This document shows, piece by piece, positions 1-10,100 of a DNA stretch of 46,770 bases (position 1 is the first letter of the stretch; each line of letters begins with the position of its first letter). A program made the position numbers and the translations under genes. This DNA comes from Hydrurus foetidus. Taxonomy: Eukaryota. The notes under the pieces are model-generated. The model did no database searches, was not told the DNA's origin, and was given only the letters and a program-made list of their open reading frames with translations. Where the stretch lies: assembly GCA_900617105.1 (NCBI GenBank), contig UYFQ01000475.1, forward strand, positions 1 to 46,770, given 5' to 3'.

Positions 1-1
1 C

Positions 2-1687
2 GATGCGTCGCTTCGCTTCTCCCAAGTCAATGCGGTACGCCAACTTCAGCTACACGTAGCGGCTTTTGGGGACCCCAACGACATTTATTGTCACCCCGCT
101 ACCCAAAATCCATACGGGTTGTCTCTCACGACGAACCCCAAAACCCTGTTGGTTGGTGCGGCACTCCCAGCATTACCACCGCTGGCACTGCCAACAACAC
201 CACTCCGACAGTGTAACTCGTGTGGACACAGCGATCATCTGCTGAAAAACTGCCCACACATGTGGATGGTGGATTCAAACACCAACCACAATGTTCCGTG
301 GGAACACTCCAACATGGGTCGCACGTGGGCACAATACGGTCATGCGACCTACCCTATCAATGATCGCATCCCTGGTCTGGGTCGTTTCAAAATCCACATA
401 CCCCGTCGTGAAACAAATTTCACTGATGAGGTACTGAATAAAACTCAGCCTCCAGGGGGTGGTCAGAAGAAAAAATACCAAGGGAACCCCAATCATGGGG
501 GGAACTATAATCGAGGTCCCACCAACAAACCGCGATACGGTTCTGGTGGACAAAACACCACGTTGGCTAACAACACCTCCATCAACGCAACCCACAGTGG
601 TCTACCGCCCGCAGCCGCATATGATGGTACGTTACCTCATGTTACGGTGGTGGAGTCATTGGTAGTGGCGATACATGCTGCTAGCACATGTAACCCTACC
701 GATACACCACCACCTTTATGTATACTCAACTCTGATATACTCGTAACTAATACATTGGAGGTCTCAACCCCCTCCAATACTATATCGGATAACACTAACA
801 ATGTTCTTCCCACATGTCTTCACGTGTTACAGCCACTCCATACCTCCCTGCCTCTAATCTCGGAGGTGCTGGCGGCATGCCATAACCAGACCGACATGTC
901 GGAAATACCGCTCATAGGTACGTTACCGTCTGACTCACTTGTAGCAGCGGTACACTCAACAAATCCTAATGAACTTCTTTCATTATTGGTGTTCAAGGAT
1001 GAACGAAGAACCTTGCAGGGACACGCCCCCACCACAGCCGCGTCAGCACCCCAGTCCACGGGACTTAGTCTTACAGCGCACGCGCTCCTAGACACGGGTA
1101 GCATGGCCGGCGATTTTGTTTCCAAATCACTGCTTGTCTCACTTGATGCACTTGCTCATTGTTATGTGTCTTCAACCGCACTTAACGTTTGTAGCGGTCT
1201 TGATGGCACTTGTTATAGGTGTAATACCTTAGTCGATTTAGGCCTTACTTTTTTCGATGATAGTAATATTAAGCACACTATCTATATCACTTTTAGTGTT
1301 AATCCTTTTGCACAATTGGATCTGATCATCGGACGCAAGTCCCTGAATCAACACAACTTGTTTGTGCTGACGCCGAAACGTATGGGCTTTGACCCTACGT
1401 TAATCGAAACGTCACCCAGCCCAGATGACATCGGTCTACTTCCCTTAAGGGCAGAGTCCGACATCGGTACAGATTCACATACCGACGTCTGTTGTCATCA
1501 TAGTGACGCTGTCGGATCGCGTAGTCCTTGTACACAGTGTCGCCTAATTACCGACACTGCTGACAATGGAGACGAAGGTCACTCGAGCACCCACCGTATT
1601 CCAACAGTGGGAGAAGAGTGGGGTCCATCTGCGCTATGGACGGGCAGTGGTCTTAACCGCCCCCTTCTGAGACCGGGACGAGAGTGA
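2..1687 (+). CDS. gag: Gypsy-1 Gag C-terminus + aspartic protease (frame open from window edge)
   Basis: CX2CX4HX4C knuckle CNSCGHSDHLLKNC; protease LLDTGS and LIIGR motifs; alignable to the Gag of Gypsy-2 (CRSCGNPAHILSDC). Confidence 0.85.
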   Translation, partial: DASLRFSQVNAVRQLQLHVAAFGDPNDIYCHPATQNPYGLSLTTNPKTLLVGAALPALPPLALPTTPLRQCNSCGHSDHLLKNCPHMWMVDSNTNHNVPWEHSNMGRTWAQYGHATYPINDRIPGLGRFKIHIPRRETNFTDEVLNKTQPPGGGQKKKYQGNPNHGGNYNRGPTNKPRYGSGGQNTTLANNTSINATHSGLPPAAAYDGTLPHVTVVESLVVAIHAASTCNPTDTPPPLCILNSDILVTNTLEVSTPSNTISDNTNNVLPTCLHVLQPLHTSLPLISEVLAACHNQTDMSEIPLIGTLPSDSLVAAVHSTNPNELLSLLVFKDERRTLQGHAPTTAASAPQSTGLSLTAHALLDTGSMAGDFVSKSLLVSLDALAHCYVSSTALNVCSGLDGTCYRCNTLVDLGLTFFDDSNIKHTIYITFSVNPFAQLDLIIGRKSLNQHNLFVLTPKRMGFDPTLIETSPSPDDIGLLPLRAESDIGTDSHTDVCCHHSDAVGSRSPCTQCRLITDTADNGDEGHSSTHRIPTVGEEWGPSALWTGSGLNRPLLRPGRE

Positions 1688-4491
1688 ACACAGTAACACT
1701 TAACGCCGCGAGCGTGTTGCCGTGCGGAATCAATCTCAATGGAGATGAGATTGATGATGACAAAACAGATGCATTCGGTCCGTTTCTTTCTGCATTGATG
1801 AAAGACCCTACCCCAACAGGTAGGGCGAACGACGTCATCTCGACAATCACCTTTGGTGGGTCGGAAGCTCTGCAAACAGCATGCAGAGCATTATGTACCG
1901 AATTTATTGACATCTTTCAAGATGAGGTGGCCCGTGAACCGGCCCGAATACCTCCTTTTGATATTGATCATAAGGCGGCACAATGGGAAGTACCTGGTAA
2001 CAGGACCCCGCTCCGCCCCCAATCCTCACAGAAGGAGGAGGCGATTCACAATAACCTTCAGGATCTGATACGGATCGGGGTGGTTGAGAAGTCTAATGCG
2101 GTATACTACAGTCACCCTGTAGTAGTACAGAAGTCACCTGGACAATACCGTGTATGTATTGACTTCCGGCCACTTAATAACTGTACGGAGTCGGCCAGTT
2201 GGCCACTCCCCAACATTCCAGCAATGTTTGAACGCATTGGCGCTCGTCAACCTGACATCTTTGGGGTTATGGACTTAACGTCCGGCTACCATCAAGCACC
2301 CCTTACGGCATCAGCCAAAATCCTGACTGCATTCATATGCTTCTCTGGAATTTATCAATTCACTCGATTGCCTTTCGGCCTAAAACGTGCCCCATCATAC
2401 TTCCAAGAGATGATGGCCACGGTTGTCCTTGCGGGCCTTTTATATGTAACATGTGAGATGTATCTCGATGATTGCATTGTATTTGGTAATGGGCCTGACG
2501 AGTTTCTGCAGAGACTTCGTGATGTCTTCATCCGTTTTCGAGAAAAGAATTTATTCTTGAAAGCTAAGAAATGTAAGTTCGGAGTTACACGCCTCGAATA
2601 CGTCGGACGTGTGATTTCCAAAGAGGGGTTATCTATGTCGGCTGAAAAAATAAAATCTGTTTTAGATTTCCCTCGACCTAGAACCGTTACTGCCCTTAGG
2701 GGATTTCTCGGTTTGGCGAACTATTTTAGAGGTTTCGTACCAAACCACTCCAACATAGTAGCACCGTTACATAAAATGACAGTGTCTACAACTCATAAAC
2801 ATTCCAGAGTGACTTGGAATGCGGAAACCATTAAAGCGTTTCAAGACATTAGGCAGGCAATCTCTCAATGCCCCCTGATGCACTTCATTGATAATGTATC
2901 ACCAATACATTTATACACCGACGCATCTGATTATGGTGTAGGTGGTGTATTGTTCCAAAAAGTTGGAGATGAAATGAAACCCATTTCATTTGTGAGTAAG
3001 TCACTCCTAGACATGCTCAACTTGAGCTGCTACGTCACTAGGGTCGCCGTTGAGGAGTGTTCGCAGATCACTCACATGTGTTCCTCCAGCACCGCGGGCA
3101 ACTCAATGCCTCTCAGGATGGCTGCGGAGCGCCAGACCAGGATCCCCATGGATGGAGTCTTCGCTCCCAAGAAAGTGAGGCACAACTCTAAGCTCATGCG
3201 ATCCTGTCTAAAGGTGGAGTACGACGACTCTCGCCAAACTTTGGTGACTGTGCACTTGAGGTTGGGCAGAGTTTACGTCCTGTCCCATCAGAACAACCGC
3301 CTCATCTTCACTATGCCCATAGCCAGAGATTGGAGAGAAGCCTATGTCTCGCTGACAGCTCTGTGTGCGGCGGACAGGGAACCTGATCCCGAGACCAATC
3401 CAGCTTCGCTGGACGTCAGGATAGGAGAGCGCTCCCAAGAAGACAACAAGAGCAGAGAGGAGGACCAGGACATCAAGGGAGAGGTGTGCAACATCTTGCT
3501 TCTCTCAGTCATAGCGGTGGTTCAAGTGATAGAAGGGTGCGGATATCTGTCGGGGGACCCCCTCGACATAGCTTTGGACACGGCAGCCATTGAGGCGTGC
3601 CTTAAGATGAGCTCGGATGAGTTCGTGGGCATCAGCAGAGAGAGAGTGATGCTCGTCAGCAACTTCTTGCCCTACTTACCTAAGCTGAGCTCTCTCTCCG
3701 ACGTCGAGAGCTTCGACGAAGATCCCTGTCCAGTGAAGTCTTTGAGCAAGGTTAGAAGATTCTATGTCCTCAACGAGGACTTCAGAACGTTGTTGATCCC
3801 CCATAGGGCGGATCTGCCTGCGGCCACCCTGGACTCTTGCAAAAATCTCTACGCTCACGCTTCGGAGATGATGTTCCCAACGCCGCCCTCTGGCAGGATG
3901 AGCTCTGTTAGAGTCCTGGACTCTAGGAAGAAAGATCTTACGATCATGGGAGGCGAGTTCATGAGGCTAACGGAGAGGATGGCGTGCAACGTCCCCTCGA
4001 GCTTCGTTCTCCTAGTCTCGTCGCGAGACAATGCTTACGCCTTGTCGTTGTTAACAACTTCGTCAGAAGTCGGGAGCCGAGCAAGATATGAACCGCCTGT
4101 CAACAAGAGCTTAGAGTTGAGGAACCTCATGGGACAGATACTGTCCTGCAGAGCATCGGAGGTCCCCGAAGAGGTGGAGGCCTTTGCGCACTCGAGCAGA
4201 GGGAGAGTCTATTTCATGACCTCCAACGTTAGGGACATCATCGATGCCGAGCTGAGCTCCATCGCAAAGAAGCACAGGGTGACCGTGCTCTACCTCGGAG
4301 CAGAGCTGGACCGTTTTGAGAAGAGTTACCTGACGGAAGAGTTGGGCTTAGCCAACGTCACAGACTCGCTGCTCGTCAGGCCTCCTGTGCCGTGGATAAT
4401 GGACACTAGCGTGCCTGCCGACATGGTCATGGAGTGCTATTGCACAGAGAACCTGGCCTGCGGAGTAGGACTCGATCGGTCCAACACATAG
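1684..4491 (+). CDS. pol: Gypsy-1 reverse transcriptase + N-terminal RNase H, fused in frame to ~494 aa of unrelated sequence
   Basis: RT motifs CIDFRPLN, MDLTSGYHQ, LPFGL, YLDD; RNase H YTDASDYG ... KPISFVSKSL, after which similarity to Gypsy-2 Pol stops at 3006. The annotated start is not necessarily a real initiation site. Confidence 0.9.
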   Translation: MNTVTLNAASVLPCGINLNGDEIDDDKTDAFGPFLSALMKDPTPTGRANDVISTITFGGSEALQTACRALCTEFIDIFQDEVAREPARIPPFDIDHKAAQWEVPGNRTPLRPQSSQKEEAIHNNLQDLIRIGVVEKSNAVYYSHPVVVQKSPGQYRVCIDFRPLNNCTESASWPLPNIPAMFERIGARQPDIFGVMDLTSGYHQAPLTASAKILTAFICFSGIYQFTRLPFGLKRAPSYFQEMMATVVLAGLLYVTCEMYLDDCIVFGNGPDEFLQRLRDVFIRFREKNLFLKAKKCKFGVTRLEYVGRVISKEGLSMSAEKIKSVLDFPRPRTVTALRGFLGLANYFRGFVPNHSNIVAPLHKMTVSTTHKHSRVTWNAETIKAFQDIRQAISQCPLMHFIDNVSPIHLYTDASDYGVGGVLFQKVGDEMKPISFVSKSLLDMLNLSCYVTRVAVEECSQITHMCSSSTAGNSMPLRMAAERQTRIPMDGVFAPKKVRHNSKLMRSCLKVEYDDSRQTLVTVHLRLGRVYVLSHQNNRLIFTMPIARDWREAYVSLTALCAADREPDPETNPASLDVRIGERSQEDNKSREEDQDIKGEVCNILLLSVIAVVQVIEGCGYLSGDPLDIALDTAAIEACLKMSSDEFVGISRERVMLVSNFLPYLPKLSSLSDVESFDEDPCPVKSLSKVRRFYVLNEDFRTLLIPHRADLPAATLDSCKNLYAHASEMMFPTPPSGRMSSVRVLDSRKKDLTIMGGEFMRLTERMACNVPSSFVLLVSSRDNAYALSLLTTSSEVGSRARYEPPVNKSLELRNLMGQILSCRASEVPEEVEAFAHSSRGRVYFMTSNVRDIIDAELSSIAKKHRVTVLYLGAELDRFEKSYLTEELGLANVTDSLLVRPPVPWIMDTSVPADMVMECYCTENLACGVGLDRSNT

Positions 4492-4709
4492 TCACCTGAA
4501 TTCCATGCTCACGCCGTCCTTCTGGTACATCATGAGAGCAAAGCTCACCGTTGAGTGCCTTGTGGTCACAAGGCTGCAGTCAGAGACACTGTGACCCCTG
4601 TCTTCGACAGCCTCGCCCTTAGGATCGCAGTCACAGAGGAATTGAAGACATCTGCACGCATTACATACGTACACCGTGACTGCGTCACTCCTGAGAGTGA
4701 ACTCCTTTC
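3007..4709 (+). other. Foreign coding insert of unknown origin (candidate endogenised RNA-virus fragment)
   Basis: Absent from the homologous position of Gypsy-2 (KSL-SASQINWST). Removing it restores KSL-TFSQLNWST. Distinct AG-rich composition; no TIRs, LTRs or poly(A). The insert itself is seen directly; viral origin is inference. Confidence 0.85.
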
Positions 4710-6352
4710 ACCTTCTCACAGTTGAACTGGTCAACAAGTAGATAGCTTATGCTATCTACTTGTGTTGTACAAAACTTGATCCACTATTACGTGATCGCAA
4801 GTTTACGATTCACACAGATCATAAAAATCTGACATACATGAAATCCTCCCCTAACTCGATGGTAGGGAGATGGTCCATGGCTCTACAAGAGCTCGATTAC
4901 ACTATCGCATACGTGTGAGGGTCTGAGAACACGGTAGCGGACGCTATGTCTCGCCTCTGTGCTAATCTCTCGGACCTTGTCATCAAGGTTCAACCAGCCA
5001 CCACTGGCACAGAATCGGATAACTTGCCGGGCCCGTTTTGCGGCGCCCTCAAGGTCATACCAGAAATGACTGATACGCAGCGCGACGCACTCCACATGTG
5101 CCACAACAAGTTTGTCGGACACGGAGGCGTTAAACGCACCGTAGAAAAGCTGAAAAGCTTACCCATGGAGTGGGAACACATGGTTCAGCACACTCACTTG
5201 TTTATACAACAATGTGCGTGCTGCCAGAAGATGAACGCTACACGCGTACCGATACGTGTACACAAATACGTTACGTCTGCGTACAAACCTTTCCATGTCT
5301 TGAACATCGATTTCATCGGACCCTTCCCCGATGCCTCACACGTTCTTGTCGTCATCTGTGGTTTCACACGGTGGACAGAACTATTTTGGTGTGCGGATAA
5401 TACGGCCAAATCGGCTACCGATTGCCTTCTTCAACACTTTGGAAGATACGGTGCACCCCAAATGATCAGATCTGATCGGGGTTCGCATTTTGCTAATGAA
5501 TTGATCAAACAATTCCTAGTGTCAACGGGTACACCCCACAACCTGACACTAGCATACTCTAAACAAGAGAATGCTATAGTTGAACGAGTTAATAAAGAAA
5601 TTAACCGGTACTTACGTTCGTTCCTGTATGATACAAACGACGTGTACCAGTACAAAAACTGCTTACCGTTTATACAGCGCATTTTAAATTCGTCAATTCA
5701 CAGCAGTACCAATGCCTCCCCAGCAAGTTTATTGTTTGGTAACCAAATCAATCTTGATTCTGGAATACTGTCGCCATTCCCACAATTACCGGAAGTGGAA
5801 ACTTCCGCATCTAAAGTGGTCTGTGAGATGTATCACATCCAGGACACCCTGATTGCCCAAGCACAAACTGCTTTGCGCACAATGGACGCGGCGCATGTTG
5901 CCACAAGTCCACAGGAGTTAACGGTTTTTCCCGTCGGTTCATATGTGTTGGCTAGATACACCACACAACCGCCCACACGTTTACATACGTTGTGGCGGGG
6001 ACCGTTCCAAGTGATATCGATTCACAACTCGGATTATACATTGTTAGATATAACTACGAAGAAACATAAACATCTTCATATTAGTAATCTTAAACAATTT
6101 GTTTTCAATCCAAAACATACGGATCCTGCTGATGTAGCACGCCGCGATTATATGGAATTCTTTATTGATTCCATTCTTCAGCATCAAGGCAATTCCAGAC
6201 GCAAAACCCAAATGCGGTTTTTAGTCAAATGGACTGACTTTGATGACTCACACAATACGTGGGAGTCGTGGAAGAATCTTCTTCTTACAGACGCTCTTCA
6301 CACATATTTACGCCTTCACGGCATGTCGAAAATAATTCCGACAGAAAAGTAA
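4710..6352 (+). pseudogene. pol: Gypsy-1 RNase H C-terminus (disrupted) + integrase + chromodomain
   Basis: AYAIY...FTIHTDHKNL...ADAMSR with a frameshift near 4740 and in-frame TGA at 4916-4918. Integrase HHCC, IDF, SDRGSHF, VERVN, GPF motifs and chromodomain FLVKWTDF...TWE lie in ORF 4946-6352. Confidence 0.9.
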
Positions 6353-6707
6353 GTTCCCAAGGAACGACCTACACATTATCTTTTGAAGATTCCTCCTCAT
6401 TTTTACAACTTCAAGTTGCTTTTCAGGAGGTTTAGTCAGTAAAAATCTGACATAAATGTGTAGGGGAACACTTCGTTACAACACATCTAGGCACTCTCGT
6501 TTCTCACTTCCCCCATCTCTCACATGTACAAATATTTATTACTGAATTTTTGTATTTTATTTTATTTTTATTACTATCTTTTTCTGCATTTTGCTTTCTC
6601 AAGCTGGAGTCGTATTTGTTTTGTAACACATTGTAGCTAGAGACACACCAATAGAGAGAGAGGGAGAGGGAGAGAGAGATGAGAAAACGAGAGATAAGTA
6701 GGGGTAG

Positions 6708-7010
6708 TGTGGCTCCCTCAGGGTCTGCTACCCCATTCAGCCGATTAGATGCTGTTTCCACCTTAGTACCTTCGTGTTTACAGCCACGACTATTAGTCAC
6801 TAGCTAGTTTGTGCTGCTTTGCAGAAGTTACTAGCATACCTTCTGTTTGCATCTCTAACTAACAAGCTCCTTTTAGCCTTTAGACTTCCCTTCTCTTTTG
6901 CCTTCCAAGGTCACATGTTTCATCTTCTGCTCTGTACTAGATGGGTCCGTAGGAATCTATAAATGGTTTCCGGGTGCCCCTTGCAGGCAAATAAAGATTA
7001 ACAACTAACA
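6708..7010 (+). repeat. Putative 3' LTR of Gypsy-1
   Basis: Starts TGTGG right after purine tract (GA-rich 6654-6695, AAGTAGGGGTAG); contains TATAAA and AATAAA; ends at ...TTAACA (7003) or ...CTAACA (7010). Partner LTR is not in the window. Confidence 0.55.
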
Positions 7011-7123
7011 AGGATCTCTGATACTTGTTCTCTTTAATATGAAAAACGGTTTTGGTAGTGAAAATACAGTAAATATACATAAAATTACTTAAACAATCAC
7101 TTTATTCTAGTAGGACATAGCCG

Positions 7124-10100
7124 TCAAACGTTCGTGTTAAACTTGTCAGATAATCGTTTATATTCTATATCGGTAGCAATCCTTTCCAACGGACGACTTG
7201 TGAAATTAGCTTCCATTAGTGGACTCAACAAAAATAACTTTGACATCTCCGTTACACGTGAATTGGCTACGTAGTCTAGACCACGGGTCCGAGGACACTT
7301 TATTGAGGGATTCGTTACACAGTTTCCTTTGACCGTGGACCCTTGCATCTTAAAAGTTGTTATACCAGCTGCAGATACCAAAGGTAATTGCCATCTGTGG
7401 TACAGCTTCTCCCATTTTTCTGTAGTCTCAGTGTATTCTGTGAATGGCACTATGTTAGGAATTAGATCATTGATTGAATACCCGTTGTCATTATCCATTT
7501 GCACAAAAACAACAGGAATTTCCCTCTGTTCTTGAAAGTCATCATCTTCTGCGACTGGAATATAACGATGGGGATCAGAACAGAAACCAAATCCCACAAC
7601 TTTTCCTTTCGCACCATTGTATACACCTGCTACCAAACGCATAATAAGATTAGGCATGTAACAAAAATTCTATACAATAAAAATCTCTTACCTATTTGTG
7701 TTCCCAAATTTTTGGTGCAACTAACTCGCGATCCAATCGCTAATTCCAGATATAATGGAGACATCCCTGGTTTTACAGTTCCTCGCAGCGACTTTAACAT
7801 TTTTTTGTCCGGCTTTTTAGTTCCGCGAATAATAGGTCTGTGTTCGGCTTCTATTTTAAAATGCCGTGCACCACTGTTTACCTTCGCTTTATAATCTTCA
7901 GCATTTATATTATTGACCTCATAATTGGTATGAGCTATCCATATTGCATCAGGTCCAGCATCCCTTCTGGCAGTGTCTCTTGTGTATATAACACGTGAAT
8001 TCATAACATGTAACAGATCCGGGTCAACCTTCCCCTTTCTTGCTCCAGACAAAAATTGATTCATAATAGGAGTTGCATCACCCATATATCGCGTATTTTC
8101 AGTCAAGATAACAAATTCATTAAGATCATACCATATTTTTTTCCCCTTCAATGATATGTTATTCTTAATAACTTTTGTGTATATAGCTTCACCTCCAATA
8201 GGCTTTAATTGATAAAAATCACCCGTGAAAAGGACATGGACTCCACCAAAATGTTTCGTGTAAATTAAATTTCTCTCGTTTACATCACATGTTTGAGTTC
8301 CCATTGCAATTTTTTGTCGTTCGCTAATGTCATATAGTGTTTCTAAATTAATCATAGAAATTTCATCTAATACTACAAGTTTAACACCAAGAAGTTTTGC
8401 TCCGACTGCTTTTGCAGTAATTGACGGCATAGTAGGAGTTTTTTTATCTTTTTTATTGCATTTTTTTTTATTTGAGGAACTAAATTTTCCTTTCCCATAT
8501 ACTGACTGCCAGGTATAACCTTTGATAACGTTTGCTGCTGCACCGGTCGGGGCAACAGCTACTGCTGAACCATATATACCACCTTGTTTTCCATGACATA
8601 ATTGTTTATATTCCATAATTAGCGATATTAAGAAAGACTTCCCTGTACCACCCTCACCAGTCACAAACATTAGCATTTGTTTTCCTTTTTCACCGCTTAT
8701 ATATTCTACAGCAGTATTATACGCCTTTAATTGCTGCTTTGTTAATTTTTTTACATTAGTCTTTAGAATTTCGTTCCTTTTATCATAGTTATAAGCTTTA
8801 ACATGCATATTAAAACTAACCGAATCAAACTGAACGCCATTTTCACTGGTTACTGAATTTTCAGCTGAGATATTATGCAAATGCAGTTTTTGTTGATTTG
8901 TAATATAACTTTTGTAGTATTCTTTATTGTTTATAGAAACATTAGTTATTATACCAATGTTATTATTCTTCTCTATTGGTGCAATACTAGATACGTGTTC
9001 GTCTTCTAAACCATCGTCGTTTTCATTGAAACACAAACTATCTTCGTCGGAACTAATATTTTGTTCATGTTCGTCAGATTCTACACCATTGTTACTTTCT
9101 TTGACACCAGCATTATCTCTGATAAGTTCAGAATTATGCGACAACTGTACAGTATACTGAACATATTCTGGAATTTCATTTCTTATTTCCAACGCCCGTA
9201 GACATTCTATAGCAGAACTAAAACTTCTCAAAATTGACTGTTCACCCTCGATAGGCCACGGAGTGTGGAGAAGAAGAGTAGAATAACACAACCTTTCATC
9301 ATTGTCATTCACAGGAATATGCGGACACAGATTTATAACACAGTCCTTTTTTGTTCTTGTGAACACAATCTCATCAACCATAAATTTTTTTGTAGATGAC
9401 TTTAATATGATAATTCCTTCAGAATCTAATTCCAAAAGGGGAGGTGAGGAGAAGACTTTTATCTTTGCTTGTGACAGAGAATATGAAGTCAATAACGAGA
9501 AAAAATTTATGTTGCAGAGCCCATCATTAGTCTCCCTTTGCTGACACATTAACAACCCATACGCCCGACGTTTTCCCAATGCAGAGTTAAGACCAGATAC
9601 AATGGCTGTATCTGTGTCCTCAAGTTGATTTATAACGATATCTCTCGTTTTCAAACCTTGGTTTAAACAGTCACCTAGTATTAAAAGGTATTTGATAAAA
9701 AATAACGATTAGAATATATAGAGTATTTCTTATTTGCCATGTTTTTACAATTATAATATAACTTACGATGGAGTGGATTCAAATTAATGACAACCCTTGA
9801 AGACTTCACGACTTTAAGACCTAATAAGGTGTAGCACGCCTGTATAGAACCAACAGGACTACTGGAAAGGATAGCACTGCCAACTGAATACAAACGTTGT
9901 CTGTCACTTACAAATGACCCAGAATCAACGATGTATGCTATTTTTTTAGCGTATATTTTTGCCATGATTTTCTTATCCGGTTCCTCAGCTTTTGAAGCGT
10001 ATGACGCAACATACTCAGCAGCACCTACAGAATTCCCTATGTACTGTACGTCATGGTTCCCACCATGTGCAATGCTGAGCAAAGGGCAAAAAATAGTACC

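Larger units (their letters stand above)
1..7010 (+). mobile_element. Ty3/Gypsy chromovirus-type LTR retrotransposon (Gypsy-1), 5' part outside the window, RNase H interrupted by a 1.7-kb insert
   Basis: Domain order Gag zinc knuckle, protease, RT, RNase H, integrase, chromodomain; purine tract followed by TG at 6708. Right boundary approximate. Confidence 0.93.

Noticed and set aside
1650..1700. Programmed -1 frameshift between protease and RT in Gypsy-1
   Set aside because: No clear slippery heptamer, and Gypsy-2 shifts in a different direction in this region; more likely decay or sequence error.
3007..4491. Intein or spliceosomal intron explanation for the insert
   Set aside because: The frame terminates before RNase H resumes, there are no intein terminal residues, and the ends (CT...TC) are not GT-AG.
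4823..4837. TAAAAATCTGACATA match to the 3' UTR motif inside RNase H
   Set aside because: It encodes HKNLTY and is not preserved in Gypsy-2; treated as probable coincidence.
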